Shown: one piece after another, positions 1 to 11,271 of the stretch | Layout of the letters: each line of letters begins with the position of its first letter | Numbering within the stretch: the first letter of the stretch is position 1 | Assembly: GCF_001194135.2 (NCBI RefSeq) | Contig: NC_068983.1 | Location: 91,074,540 to 91,138,347 of the forward strand | Origin: Octopus bimaculoides | Lineage: Eukaryota | Direction of reading: 5' to 3' | Length of the DNA: 63,808 nucleotides | Program-made: the position numbers and the translations under genes | Notes under the pieces: generated by a model | What the model saw: only the letters and a program-made list of their open reading frames with translations | What the model was told of the DNA's origin: nothing | The model's database searches: none

Positions 1-1146
1 TCAAAAGAGACAGAGTAAAGCAGAGAGGGTTAGGCCAGAGCACAAGGTAGGTAGAGAGATATTTTTGGGGATTTCTGTCGCCTAGACACAGTAAATATTG
101 AATGGTAGAAATATAGGATAGAGAGATAAGGGTTTTCGGCCAGCTAACTCTATGACAGAGTTATAGAGATAAGTGACTATGTGAGAAAATAAAACTGAAA
201 ACTTGAAACTTGAATAAATGAGTGAATGAATTTGGTGACATCGTTTTGGATAACAGAAATAAGCAATGTGTAAAGTATTTACGGATCAGGGCATAAATAA
301 ATAGAAAGTATAAGCGTGGCTAGAAAGACAGAGAAACTTATCTGATCATCCTTCTATGGTCGTATTAATTCGGCAAAGATTCTAGGAACGAGTGAAGGAA
401 TCGAGTGCGTGTGCTAAAACAAAGCATACATATTTATACACACACACACACAAGTGTATGCACAAATACAAGCATATATCCTCGTGACATCTGAGGAAGC
501 AAATGGACTGTAGAATCGTTACATATTTCCACATATTATGATATGAATTACATAACATTGTACGAGATAAGCCACATGTCAGTGCCAATATGTCTCTGAG
601 AATTTTCTCTCTCTGGTCAATTCTATCATCATCATTGTCTCACACAAACCACTACCATCTCTATAGTTGATACACTGGTGATCACATCTCAAATGCATAA
701 TGCTGCTTCTCAACACATCAAACGTTTTCAGCAACACTGCCAAAACGCTAGTATTTACATTCTCCACATCTCATTTCCATTTCAAGTTTCTTGTATTTTG
801 ATCATTTTCTCATACTACACTTCAACGAAGATGTCAGTGAAAATACACAAGTCTGAATAATTTAGTTAAATTGTAAAAATTTAACAGTTACTCAAAAAAT
901 CTAAATAATAATTTAAATATACTAGATTATCAAAGTAACTCTGTTGAACTGTAAAAGCTTAACATAGCTCATCTTTCTCCTCAGTACTTACAGAACCTTG
1001 TTAGTAATGTAATTAGTTTTCATTTATCTATTAACCAAGCTCAAACAATTTCATTTAAATGATATAACAAAATATATTTCCAGCATCAATTAGCTACATA
1101 AAACCAATTACCAGTTGTAACAATTATTTCACATTGTCAAACTTAC

Positions 1147-1242
1147 TGTTAGTTTTGTATCTCTTGTCACATCTGGATTATCCTGGAATGCCAAATTGAA
1201 CATCTGAGCAACTTTACCATCCATACTTGTACGTTCTTGAAC
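1147..1242 (-). CDS. unc-45: UNC-45 exon 4 (start of central ARM-like domain)
   Basis: Acceptor aattttcag|GTT, donor ACA|gtaagt, 96 nt, phase 0-0. Encodes VQERTSMDGKVAQMFNLAFQDNPDVTRDTKLT, matching the UNC-45 S.D.KV.QMF motif after the TPR domain. No further exon found before position 1. Confidence 0.9.
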
Positions 1243-1847
1243 CTGAAAATTACAATAATTTTGACAGAGTGAATTTTTAAGCATTTTGACAAGCACAACC
1301 AAATTATTTCATGGAAGCTGACTGAATTTGCAAAGTGGCTGTTGCTGAGTTTTGTATCCTTGTGCTCAGGACAGAGCCTACCACACTCATAAAAGCAAGA
1401 CCCATTATGAAAAATTAAATGATACCATAATAGGCATTAACACCAATGCAAACACAGCTCGGCCAGTCAAATCAGCAAGTGTGTGAGCAAGTGAGCCGGA
1501 ATCTTCCTACCAAATAGTCAGGTCAAACTTTCTAGAAATTCCATGAGGCATTAAAAAAACTGAGATTCTGAATTCCCAGAAAGAGTGACTTATGATATTA
1601 CATGAAACTATTAGTGTGGTTATTATGAATGAAATACACAGTCCACCATATGTTGATATTCATCAGTAATTATTTAACAACCCTAATACCTACACTACAT
1701 AACTAAAGACCAGTGAAAAACTTAGTTTATCAACCTTGGAAGAATGAAGAGATGAGTTAACCACAATGAGTTGTAATGCTAGAATTCAGGGAATCAAGCT
1801 CTGCTTAACAGTTTCAGTCACCTCCTAAACAGAAAAATATTTGAAGA

Positions 1848-1917
1848 ATATTGTTATATTTGGGGATGGTCATATTTTTGCCAAAAAAAACACACTACAT
1901 GCTTGGTCTTCACTTCA

Positions 1918-1953
<36 letters not shown>

Positions 1954-2131
1954 GGACTAAAGAGAACAAGAGGAGACACATGGGATAAAGAATTGTTGAA
2001 GAGGTCACAGGATGTGTGACAAAAGAGCTTAGACAAAGGACACTAAATGATAATAATAAAGCTGAAGTGAAGACCAAGTATATAGTAAGTTTTATTGACA
2101 AAAATATGACCATCCCCAAATATAACAATAT
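1848..2131. repeat. Inverted-repeat (MITE-like) element with ~70-bp arms
   Basis: 1848-1918 is the near-perfect reverse complement of 2062-2131. The inner edges continue as (TTA)n/(TAA)n around a ~140-bp spacer. Confidence 0.8.
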
Positions 2132-2582
2132 CTGTTTCTATATATGATTTCACATCAGGTATCTTGCAAAACAAATTCATATTTGGAGAATGTTTGGTTA
2201 AAAAAAAAAAACATTATTATCCTATGACAGACAAACAATTACATGAAATATGCAAAAGATTTAAATTAAAAGTTAAAAATAAATCACTGCAAGAAACACA
2301 GAAATCCACAGCACTTAAATCTGGTTGGTTTCTATAATCTTCTGAATAAGTGACAAATTTTACTGTGGACCGGATGTTTTCTATTATACATCATACAAAG
2401 ATACCCTTTCACCTCTAAAAGATTACCCAAACAGAAACAGTTACGTCAAAAGAAATTATCAAGAACAATATGATATAAAAAGTAACTGGTGATATAAATA
2501 TCTATTCCATGTAGGCACAGAAACAAGAGCATATCAAAAACACCTCACTAGCTTGATACAAATTAATAAAAACAAAGCTAAC

Positions 2583-2758
2583 TTTTTCCTGCATTGGAGT
2601 CACAAGTTTTTGCATAATTGTCTGGACAGCCTGATTTTTTGGATCTATTTTAATTAATTGTGTAGCATCTTTATAAGCATCTTCAATTTGTCCCAACTCT
2701 TGGTATCCTTGGCAACGCCGATACAAAGCTTTTGTATCATGAGGATTTTCTTTTAGAG
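2583..2758 (-). CDS. unc-45: UNC-45 exon 3 (TPR3 and capping helix)
   Basis: Acceptor ttttcttgtag|CT, donor GAAAAA|gttagc, phase 1 to 0. Encodes (A)LKENPHDTKALYRRCQGYQELGQIEDAYKDATQLIKIDPKNQAVQTIMQKLVTPMQEK. Confidence 0.93.
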
Positions 2759-4038
2759 CTACAAGAAAACAGAAAGAAAAATGTTAATATAAAACCAAAC
2801 AAACATTTATGTACTGTAAGGAATGATTTAGACAACAGGATGTCTATCATTGAGAAAGACATTCAAGTGTTAAAATAACTAAATTAAACATAGCAGAAAA
2901 ACCTAAAATATCAATTATATGTTCAAAATAATCACACTCAAGGTGTTGTTGGTGTATGGATTGTTGAGTTGGTGTTAAGCAGTCACATGTTGTTCCAATA
3001 ACAAACCTCAATGAGCACATATTTGAAATTAATTTATTTGTTATTTAGGAAATTAAAATATTTACATTGCATATGAATCTTTTTCTAATAGTTGCCAATA
3101 GTGTTATGTAGGTTATTAGAAAACGAACTTAGATGTATTTAAATCATGAACAGAAAAGATCAGTGTTGCTGGAGAGGCAGGAAAAAGTTGGTTTGCCATT
3201 ATTTAGGAAGTCCTCTATACCCAGATTAAAATTCAAAGGAAAACTTGACACTGCTTCTGCTGTACCTTGCTCTGTTATTGGCTTTTGGTAACTGGTGAGG
3301 ATGTATGTTCGCCAGTAACTCTCAACCTCTGCAGTTGATCTTGGCGCAATTTTGCTTTTATAACCTCTTTTGTACAGGAAAAGATCATAGAACATGATTG
3401 AATGTTCTATGATATGGCATGATGTTTCTTCAAACTCATTGATTGGTAATCAAGGAACATCACCTGACCTGAATGTGATTTTAACTGAAAACTGAACATG
3501 TGAGGTCTTGAATCAAACTCTCACTACAACCTATTTATATTTATCAGGAAGCTGAAATTTATATAAAAAATAGAAGAACTTATGAATGATAAGGTCTATG
3601 AATTACAAACAAAAAAAATTTTCAAAGTTACTGACACATGGTCAGTAATCATACAAATGTTTGATACGTTCGCAAAAGTTACTACATAAAGCAGCTACAA
3701 AGATTTATCTAGTGTCAACTAACAAAGTGGTTAAGGAGACTGCTTTTTTTTTTTAACTTTCTTAAGTAAAACATGATTTCATGCTTGATATCTGACACGA
3801 ATTAACATTTACCTTATTTTGTCAAACAAACAAGAGTAGCACCTATCTGATTCACTAAACCAGATAAAATAAAAGCATTACATGACCAGTGTAAAGAATC
3901 TATGAGTCACTCCCAAATTTTTGCTCAAGTACTAAATGGAATAAACTAAACTGGAGTTACAGTTCTATATTTAAGAGATGAGGAATTATGTACATTATTC
4001 ATATTCGACGGATATTTGTCCTCACCTTGTTTGTTGTT

Positions 4039-4081
4039 AACACGTTTCGCCTGATATACCCTCCAACCTTCTTCAGGTGTC
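4039..4081 (-). ncRNA. Second degenerate hammerhead motif (mirror copy)
   Basis: Minus strand GACAC-CTGAAGA-A-GGTTG..CAGGC-GAAAC-GTGTT; GAAAC intact but with a small deletion at the cleavage-site/stem I junction. Confidence 0.45.
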
Positions 4082-5725
4082 TTGGGGAAATTTTGAACCT
4101 GGGTTCTCATTCCTAAGGAATTTTTAGATATTATTATTATTATTCAGTAGTTTTATTTTTATAGCGTGCTTTCACTTCACTACCGAGCGCAGCTCTGTGC
4201 GCCTTGGGTATGTGCTGTGGTTTGCTGTGGTGCTCTTATGTTTACTGTATTGAAAGTGTTTTGCGTAGAATGTGTGCAGTACCCAGTAGTGCAATTTTCT
4301 GTATGTTATATATATTTGTAAGTCCTGGTGTTTTTGTTATGTATTTGTCTGAATATTTTTTTATTATACCTAAGGCACCTACTANNNNNNNNNNNNNNNN
4401 NNNNNNNNNNNNNNNNNNNNNNNNNNNNNNNNNNNNNNNNNNNNNNNNNNNNNNNNNNNNNNNNNNNNNNNNNNNNNNNNNNNNNNNNNNNNNNNNNNNN
4501 NNNNNNNNNNNNNNNNNNNNNNNNNNNNNNNNNNNNNNNNNNNNNNNNNNNNNNNNNNNNNNNNNNNNNNNNNNNNNNNNNNNNNNNNNNNNNNNNNNNN
4601 NNNNNNNNNNNNNNNNNNNNNNNNNNNNNNNNNNNNNNNNNNNNNNNNNNNNNNNNNNNNNNNNNNNNNNNNNNNNNNNNNNNNNNNNNNNNNNNNNNNN
4701 NNNNNNNNNNNNNNNNNNNNNNNNNNNNNNNNNNNNNNNNNNNNNNNNNNNNNNNNNNNNNNNNNNNNNNNNNNNNNNNNNNNNNNNNNNNNNNNNNNNN
4801 NNNNNNNNNNNNNNNNNNNNNNNNNNNNNNNNNNNNNNNNNNNNNNNNNNNNNNNNNNNNNNNNNNNNNNNNNNNNNNNNNNNNNNNNNNNNNNNNNNNN
4901 NNNNNNNNNNNNNNNNNNNNNNNNNNNNNNNNNNNNNNNNNNNNNNNNNNNNNNNNNNNNNNNNNNNNNNNNNNNNNNNNNNNNNNNNNNNNNNNNNNNN
5001 NNNNNNNNNNNNNNNNNNNNNNNNNNNNNNNNNNNNNNNNNNNNNNNNNNNNNNNNNNNNNNNNNNNNNNNNNNNNNNNNNNNNNNNNNNNNNNNNNNNN
5101 NNNNNNNNNNNNNNNNNNNNNNNNNNNNNNNNNNNNNNNNNNNNNNNNNNNNNNNNNNNNNNNNNNNNNNNNNNNNNNNNNNNNNNNNNNNNNNNNNNNN
5201 NNNNNNNNNNNNNNNNNNNNNNNNNNNNNNNNNNNNNNNNNNNNNNNNNNNNNNNNNNNNNNNNNNNNNNNNNNNNNNNNNNNNNNNNNNNNNNNNNNNN
5301 NNNNNNNNNNNNNNNNNNNNNNNNNNNNNNNNNNNNNNNNNNNNNNNNNNNNNNNNAAGACCTGGAAATAGAGATAACTTGAATGTGGAATCTAAAAACA
5401 GAAACAATTCCTATCATAGTAGGTGCCTTAGGTATAATAAAAAAATATTCAGACAAATACATAACAAAAATAGCAGGACTTACAAATATATATAACATAC
5501 AGAAAATTGCACTACTGGGTACTGCACACATCCTACGCAAAACACTTTCAATACAGTAAACATAAGAGCACCACAGCAAACCACAGCACATACCCAAGGC
5601 GCACAGAGCTGCGCTCGGTAGTGAAGTGAAAGCACGTTATAAAAATAAAACTACTGAATAATAATAATAATAATAATATCTAAAAATTCCTTAGGAATGA
5701 GAACCCAGGTTCAAAATTTCCCCAA

Positions 5726-5771
5726 GACACCTGAAGAAGGCTAGAGGGTATATCAGGCGAAATGTTGTGTT
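5726..5771 (+). ncRNA. Degenerate minimal type I hammerhead ribozyme motif
   Basis: GACAC-CTGAAGA-stem II(GGCTAG..TCAGGC)-GAAA-TGTT-GTGTT: core boxes present and stem I GACAC/GTGTT can pair. Stem II has mismatches, and the C after GAAA is T. Confidence 0.5.
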
Positions 5772-6047
5772 AACAACAAAGAAGATGAGGACAAATATCC
5801 GTTGAATGTAAATAACGTAAATAATGTAAACTGGAGTTATATCAAAATCTAAATTCATTTAATATCATCCGGCTTATAATGTAGAACATTGTTAACATCT
5901 AATATGGATGATTTTTATATCAAACAAATATTCTTGGAGTTATTCATGCTGCTCAATGAAGAAATATTAATCATAAAATTAAACAAGAGAAACTAAACAT
6001 TAAACAAGTAAACCTATTGTTAGTAAATACTAGACATATTTACTAAC

Positions 6048-6252
6048 CTTCAGTAGCATCTGAAACAGCAAACAGATACTGTTTTGTTTTAAGATAACAA
6101 GCACTTCGGTTTTTAAGGCATGCTATTTTCTCTTCAGTAGGAACATCCCTGATATTCAAAGCTTCTGTATAGGCATTGACAGCTTCTTCATACAGGCCAT
6201 TTTTAAATAAAGTGTTACCTTTCTCTTTTAAAACAGTAGCTTCACTAATCTC
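6048..6252 (-). CDS. unc-45: UNC-45 exon 2 (TPR1-TPR2)
   Basis: Acceptor tgtttttcag|GAG, donor GAAG|gttagt, 205 nt. Encodes EISEATVLKEKGNTLFKNGLYEEAVNAYTEAL...KNRSACYLKTKQYLFAVSDATE, matching the UNC-45 N-terminal TPR pattern. Confidence 0.92.
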
Positions 6253-6499
6253 CTGAAAAACAGATAATGACACAATTAATTACAGAGATGGTTGCTTTGC
6301 TATTTACAGAAACTAAAGTCCAAAACAAAATTCCAGTTAACCAAATAGTATAAGAAATAAATTTCTGAATTTTATGAATTACATAATTTTTTCAACAACT
6401 TTACTTTCAAAAGTCTCAAAATTAGTCATTGTTATCATCATTAATCAGCTCTCATGAAAGAAACATACAATCTAGTAATTTGTTTAGCTGTTTATTCTA

Positions 6500-8570
6500 A
6501 TCCCCCTCTTAGATCTGGCCTTGTCGTGGCAAGAGAGCATGAATGTGTTGTAGATCCAAGAGAACGTTATCATCCAGAGCTTTCCTCTTGGCCATGCCAC
6601 CCTAGGTGGGCTGTTGCCAAGATGGCAGCCCCATCACCCAGATATTCTACAGAGGACCAACAACCCATCCAGAAGAACCCTCAACCTGTTACAACACTTG
6701 CCAGAAGAAACCAGACTGTCCAACATCAGAATAGATCCCTGCATACCCCTGACCAACAAGAAATCAATTTACGCTATAAAATTTGTGTTACTATGTGGAA
6801 TATCCTGTTGCTCCTTCACCCCAAGGCTCTGCTGTCTTGAGAGCTATCCTACTACATCATCATCCTGGCAGAACCCTTTGAGACATGGCAGTGCATCATC
6901 GGGAGCGGCTCCAAGGACTGGACAGGCTCTTGCAGCATGGAACTGGCCATGCTCAAGCAAATCTGCAAGTCATTCATTGGCTAGAACCTAGTGAGTAACC
7001 ATTTGCTATCTGCTCATTTTCTCCACTGGCATAGGAAGATGACTATCATCATTGCCTATGCCCCTACAGACATCGCAGAGAACACAGTTACAGATGACTA
7101 CTACAGCCAGCTCCAAAAGCAACCCTGGATCTCACTGCAGATGCCAGAGATAATCAACTGCCGCTGCAAGGCTCACCTGCATGGTGACATGAATGAGAAC
7201 CACTGACTCAACAGAATATGCAATACCATTTCAGATGACCTGGAGAAGTTCTGGGTGGAAGAAGCCGAGCATCTGGAAGCAGCAGCAAGGAACAATGTCA
7301 GTCAAGTATTCAACATGCTCCACAGAGCCTGGGCCAGTCCTCAGTTCAAGACAGCCCTGGTGAAGGATACCAATGACAACGTCATCACCATGGAAACCAC
7401 GTGACTCGAACACTGGAAGGAGTACTTTAGCTTTCTTCTTTATCACCCACCTGTCTTAATCAATCCCAGCCTAACCATCACTGCAAACGCAGCTGCAACC
7501 AGTGACACTTGCAAACACAATCCTGTCACTCCTGATGAAGTCAGTGCTGCTCTGAAGAAGCTCAACAACTGTGAAGCCTCTGGAATCTGCACTGTTATCA
7601 CAAGCCGGCAGAGAAAATATGATCCAGTGGCTCAATCACACCATCAACTATGTATGGGTGTCAGAGTGACTCCCAAATGACTGGATCCAGGGTATCATCC
7701 TCTCCTTCTGAAAGTGGAAGGGTAACAAACTTGTCTGCAACAACCATGGGGGCATCACCCTCCTCTCCATCCTGGGCAAGCTCTTCCCCAGGATCCTCTT
7801 CAGCCATGCTCTTCCTACCATTAAAAGCAGACACTACCCACTAGCTGGATTCATGTTGAATCAATCTATTGCCAACCATAAAGATCTTAGGAGTTCCACA
7901 AAGATCGCCACCTCTACACCACCTTCATCTACCTCAAGGCAGCTTTTGACATGGTCCACCACACATCCCTCTGGAAAATACTCAAGCTTGTATGTACACC
8001 TCCCAAAATCACCGCCCTGTTTCAATGGATCTATAGCAGTGCCAAGAGCTACATGTGGGTGAATGGAAAGGACACTGACTGGTTTCCCACCAACAATGGT
8101 TTCAGACAATGCTGCATGGCTGCTCCCAACCTCTTCAACTGCGTCATTGATTACCTGATGACCAAGGTCTGTGAGCAAGTTTCTGGTGTTACCTGACTGA
8201 CCTGGAGTATGCTGAAGATATAACCCTATTCATCAACTCGATTGACCAGCTCAAGGATGCAATGACCACATATATAAAAAAATCAGCAAAGCTTGGCCTT
8301 CAGGTGAGTTGGATGACGATGAAGCTGATGCATGTTGGAGATGGCTCAGACCCTTCCCCTCTCCATATTGGTCCCAACGTCCTTCATCTACTTGGGTTCT
8401 ACAGTCACCAACAATGGAGACCTGACCCTGGAGATCAACTGCAGATGTCTGGCTGCCAGAGTCATGTATTTCCTATGGAAACCCCTTTAGTGTCACTGCT
8501 CTATCTCCTGAAAGATGAAGCTCTGCATCAACAATTTATCAGCCCTCTACATTCTTTGAAAATGTACAAA
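6500..8570 (+). mobile_element. Decayed RTE-clade LINE (AP endonuclease and RT remnants)
   Basis: Fragments IIIAYAPTD (APE), AAFDMVHHTSLWKIL, NNGFRQCCMAAPNLFNCVIDYLM and LEYAED (RT), with many stops and frameshifts. Confidence 0.85.
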
Positions 8571-8822
8571 ATATGATCTTTAACTTCGAATAAATTCATT
8601 ATAATACTCTTTGGTATGAAGAGTATTATAATGAATACAGCATGCAAATTACCATGATAATAAAAAAAACTGGATTTGTGATGAAGTCAAATCTCTATAA
8701 CAGCGAAAGTATGAAACCAAAATAATTATAAGCAAAGGTAATTCACATTATGATACACATACTAATGGAATAGTTATGTGAATTAAACAAATTATTACTA
8801 AATTATTTTTGATAGATTACTC

Positions 8823-9201
8823 TCTTTTACTTGTTTCAGTCATTTGACTGTGGCCATGCTGGAGCATCGCCTTAGTCGAGCAAATCAACCCCAGGACTTA
8901 TTCTTTTGTAAGCCTAGTGCTTATTCTATCGGTCTTTTTTGCCAAACCACTAAGTTACGGGGACGTAAACACACCAGCATCGGTTGTCAAGCGATGTTGG
9001 GGGGATAAACACAGACATACAAACATATACACACACATACATATATATATACATATATATGATGGGCTTCTTTCAGTTTCCATCTACCAAATCCACTCAC
9101 AAGGCTTTGGTCGGCACCGAGGCTATAGTAGAAAACACTTGCCTAAGGTGCCTCACAGTGGGACTGAACCCGGAACCATGTGGTTTGTAAGCAAGCTACT
9201 T
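8823..9201 (-). mobile_element. tRNA-derived SINE, family A (GTGGCTGTGTGGTAAGTAGC head), 5' clipped
   Basis: Reverse complement of the copy at 48620-49030, with B-box-like GGTTCAGTCCC, central CA/TA microsatellite and shared 3' tail. Confidence 0.9.
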
Positions 9202-9204
9202 TAT

Positions 9205-10210
9205 TTCATATGAATTAGCCATTAAGGTCTTACAAAGAGGGGACAGACAAGGACAGTTAAACATAAAGTAGCTGTGGGCTGGACACAGACATTAATGAGA
9301 TGAGGGTGATAACAAAAAGGATGAAATAAAAATGGGAGCGGCACCGGTGCCCGCCAACCGATAATCCCTCAAAAACATTGTTCATTACAAATCACATAAT
9401 CACAATTTACAACTTTCACCATTCCTGGTTACTTCAATCCTCCACGTCAGGCCCCCAAGCAAGTTTCCTGCTGCCTGCAGGAAAGCCTGTATTGGCAGGC
9501 CCGGACCCACGAAGGCAAATTCCTCCTTATAACATATCTTCTCAATTTCGTTTTTCTCATTTTCACTTATGACCTCCGCAATCACCTGCGGAGGCCAACA
9601 TGGGTGATCCATAAGGACTGAGTCGAACCTTGGACGGTCCAAAAATTCATTCAAAAACATTTCTACAAGCCCTTCCCTGACGTAACAGATAATGAGCTCT
9701 GGTTCCTCAATGTCAGGAAGGTCCTCATACTTCTCTGTCAGTGGCACAATTCCCAGTGACAGAGTCTCTATTNNNNNNNNNNNNNNNNNNNNNNNNNNNN
9801 NNNNNNNNNNNNNNNNNNNNNNNNNNNNNNNNNNNNNNNNNNNNNNNNNNNNNNNNNNNNNNNNNNNNNNNNNNNNNNNNNNNNNNNNNNNNNNNNNNNN
9901 NNNNNNNNNNNNNNNNNNNNNNNNNNNNNNNNNNNNNNNNNNNNNNNNNNNNNNNNNNNNNNNNNNNNNNNNNNNNNNNNNNNNNNNNNNNNNNNNNNNN
10001 NNNNNNNNNNNNNNNNNNNNNNNNNNNNNNNNNNNNNNNNNNNNNNNNNNNNNNNNNNNNNNNNNNNNNNNNNNNNNNNNNNNNNNNNNNNNNNNNNNNN
10101 NNNNNNNNNNNNNNNNNNNNNNNNNNNNNNNNNNNNNNNGGAGGGGGCGTCCCTCAAGTATCACTGGGTACCTGGACCCGGCCATTTTCAAAACATCTGG
10201 AAAAAAGCTC
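9205..10210 (-). mobile_element. Probable LINE ORF1-like coding remnant with 3' UTR, spanning a gap
   Basis: Stop-free 124-codon frame at 9400-9771 and FPDVLKMAGSRYPVILEGRPL to the right of the gap; GC-richer than flanks. 3' UTR ends in AATAAA abutting the clipped SINE. Family assignment is inference. Confidence 0.45.
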
Positions 10211-10229
10211 TATATATGTTATAAATTTA

Positions 10230-11250
10230 TTGAATAAACTAGTAAATGAAACTATTTACCATGTACTTATCTGCATGTTTACTCCTTCTTTAACCTGTGC
10301 AAATGGTTGCACCTTCTGTCCTGCACTAAGTATTATGGGAATAAAAAACACTACTCTAACAAAAATTCTTTAAGACTAATATCATTTGAGAGGTTGAATT
10401 CAAGGAGAGATAATAAGATACTTATCTTTAGGTATAATTGGATTTTTTCTAGTATTACAGATTTAGAGATTTATTTTATTTAATATGTGGCCTGTCTAAT
10501 CCTTTTTAAGGTAATATTCTTTACATTTATTCTTGGTTTTAGGTATATCCGTATCTAATACTATTATATTGTTCTATTAAAACTACATTTAACTCTCTTC
10601 CTCGTAATTGTTTAAGATTACATACTGAGGGAAGGGGGTATCTTTTGATATATTTTTCATTTTATTATACGTAAAGCTATTTTTGTGTCGGCATTTTATT
10701 CCCTTCTCTTCTGTACTGTTCAGTAATACTTCTTTCGACTGGAGTATTTTCATAAACTCAGTAGTGCATAACAAGCACATTTTATTACCTATTCTATTAA
10801 TTATGCTCTACTAATGATATTCCAATTCAGGGTGTATTCTATTTCTTCAGATTTCAATTCCCATATATATTTACTTAGACCTGTTGAATTACTTAATTTG
10901 GGATTTTTAAAGGATTGATAATGGTGGGAAATTCCTATATATTCTTTTTTATTCTTATTATTATTAAAGGTTAAACACATATAGCATGTATTATTAGAGG
11001 TTAAACATGTGTAGCATTGATTAATATTATCTTCTTTCCCCACAGACTAATAACAGGTAAGGTATATTTATATTTTTTAATGTGCTTATATAATTTTTAA
11101 TTAATTCTAATGTACTTTATTTTATTGTACGATATAGTAGGATTTAAATGATTATATTATTAGATTAATATTTTGGATATAATTTTCTATATGTACTCCA
11201 GAATATAAGGTTGTCCTGAAATTGAATTTGTGGTCCTATTGGTATAATCC
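10230..11250 (-). mobile_element. Penelope-like element 3' fragment (GIY-YIG endonuclease)
   Basis: KEYIGISHH..SFKNPKLSNSTGLSKYIWELKSEEIEYTLNWNIISRA, then CLLCTTEFMKILQ...CRHKN. Confidence 0.85.
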
Positions 11251-11271
11251 CAAATTTGTAATTATATATAT

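Larger units (their letters stand above)
3960..5826. mobile_element. Inverted composite insertion: Penelope-type terminal repeat plus R4/Dong-like LINE 3' end in each arm, central gap
   Basis: Arm ~3994-4384 is the reverse complement of ~5417-5826. Direct repeat TAAACTGGAGTTA at 3947-3959 and 5827-5839. The right arm encodes TIPIIVGALGIIKK...IQKIALLGTAHILRKTLSIQ*, the C-terminus of a restriction-like endonuclease, followed by an (AAT)n tail. Confidence 0.75.

Noticed and set aside
579-767. Minus-strand ORF as unc-45 exon 5
   Set aside because: No similarity to the expected A.NNL.VLARE..GAE segment, and no convincing splice pair.
3144-3395. 83-aa minus-strand ORF as a nested gene or extra unc-45 exon
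   Set aside because: Exons 2 and 3 already join seamlessly; the peptide has only a faint piggyBac-like look and lacks good splice signals.
4204-5597. Long ORFs of 340-450 aa in the ORF track, and similar ones at 9.4-10.4, 33.8-34.5, 37.1-37.7 and 57.1-57.4 kb
   Set aside because: Their length comes from N-gaps translated as X.
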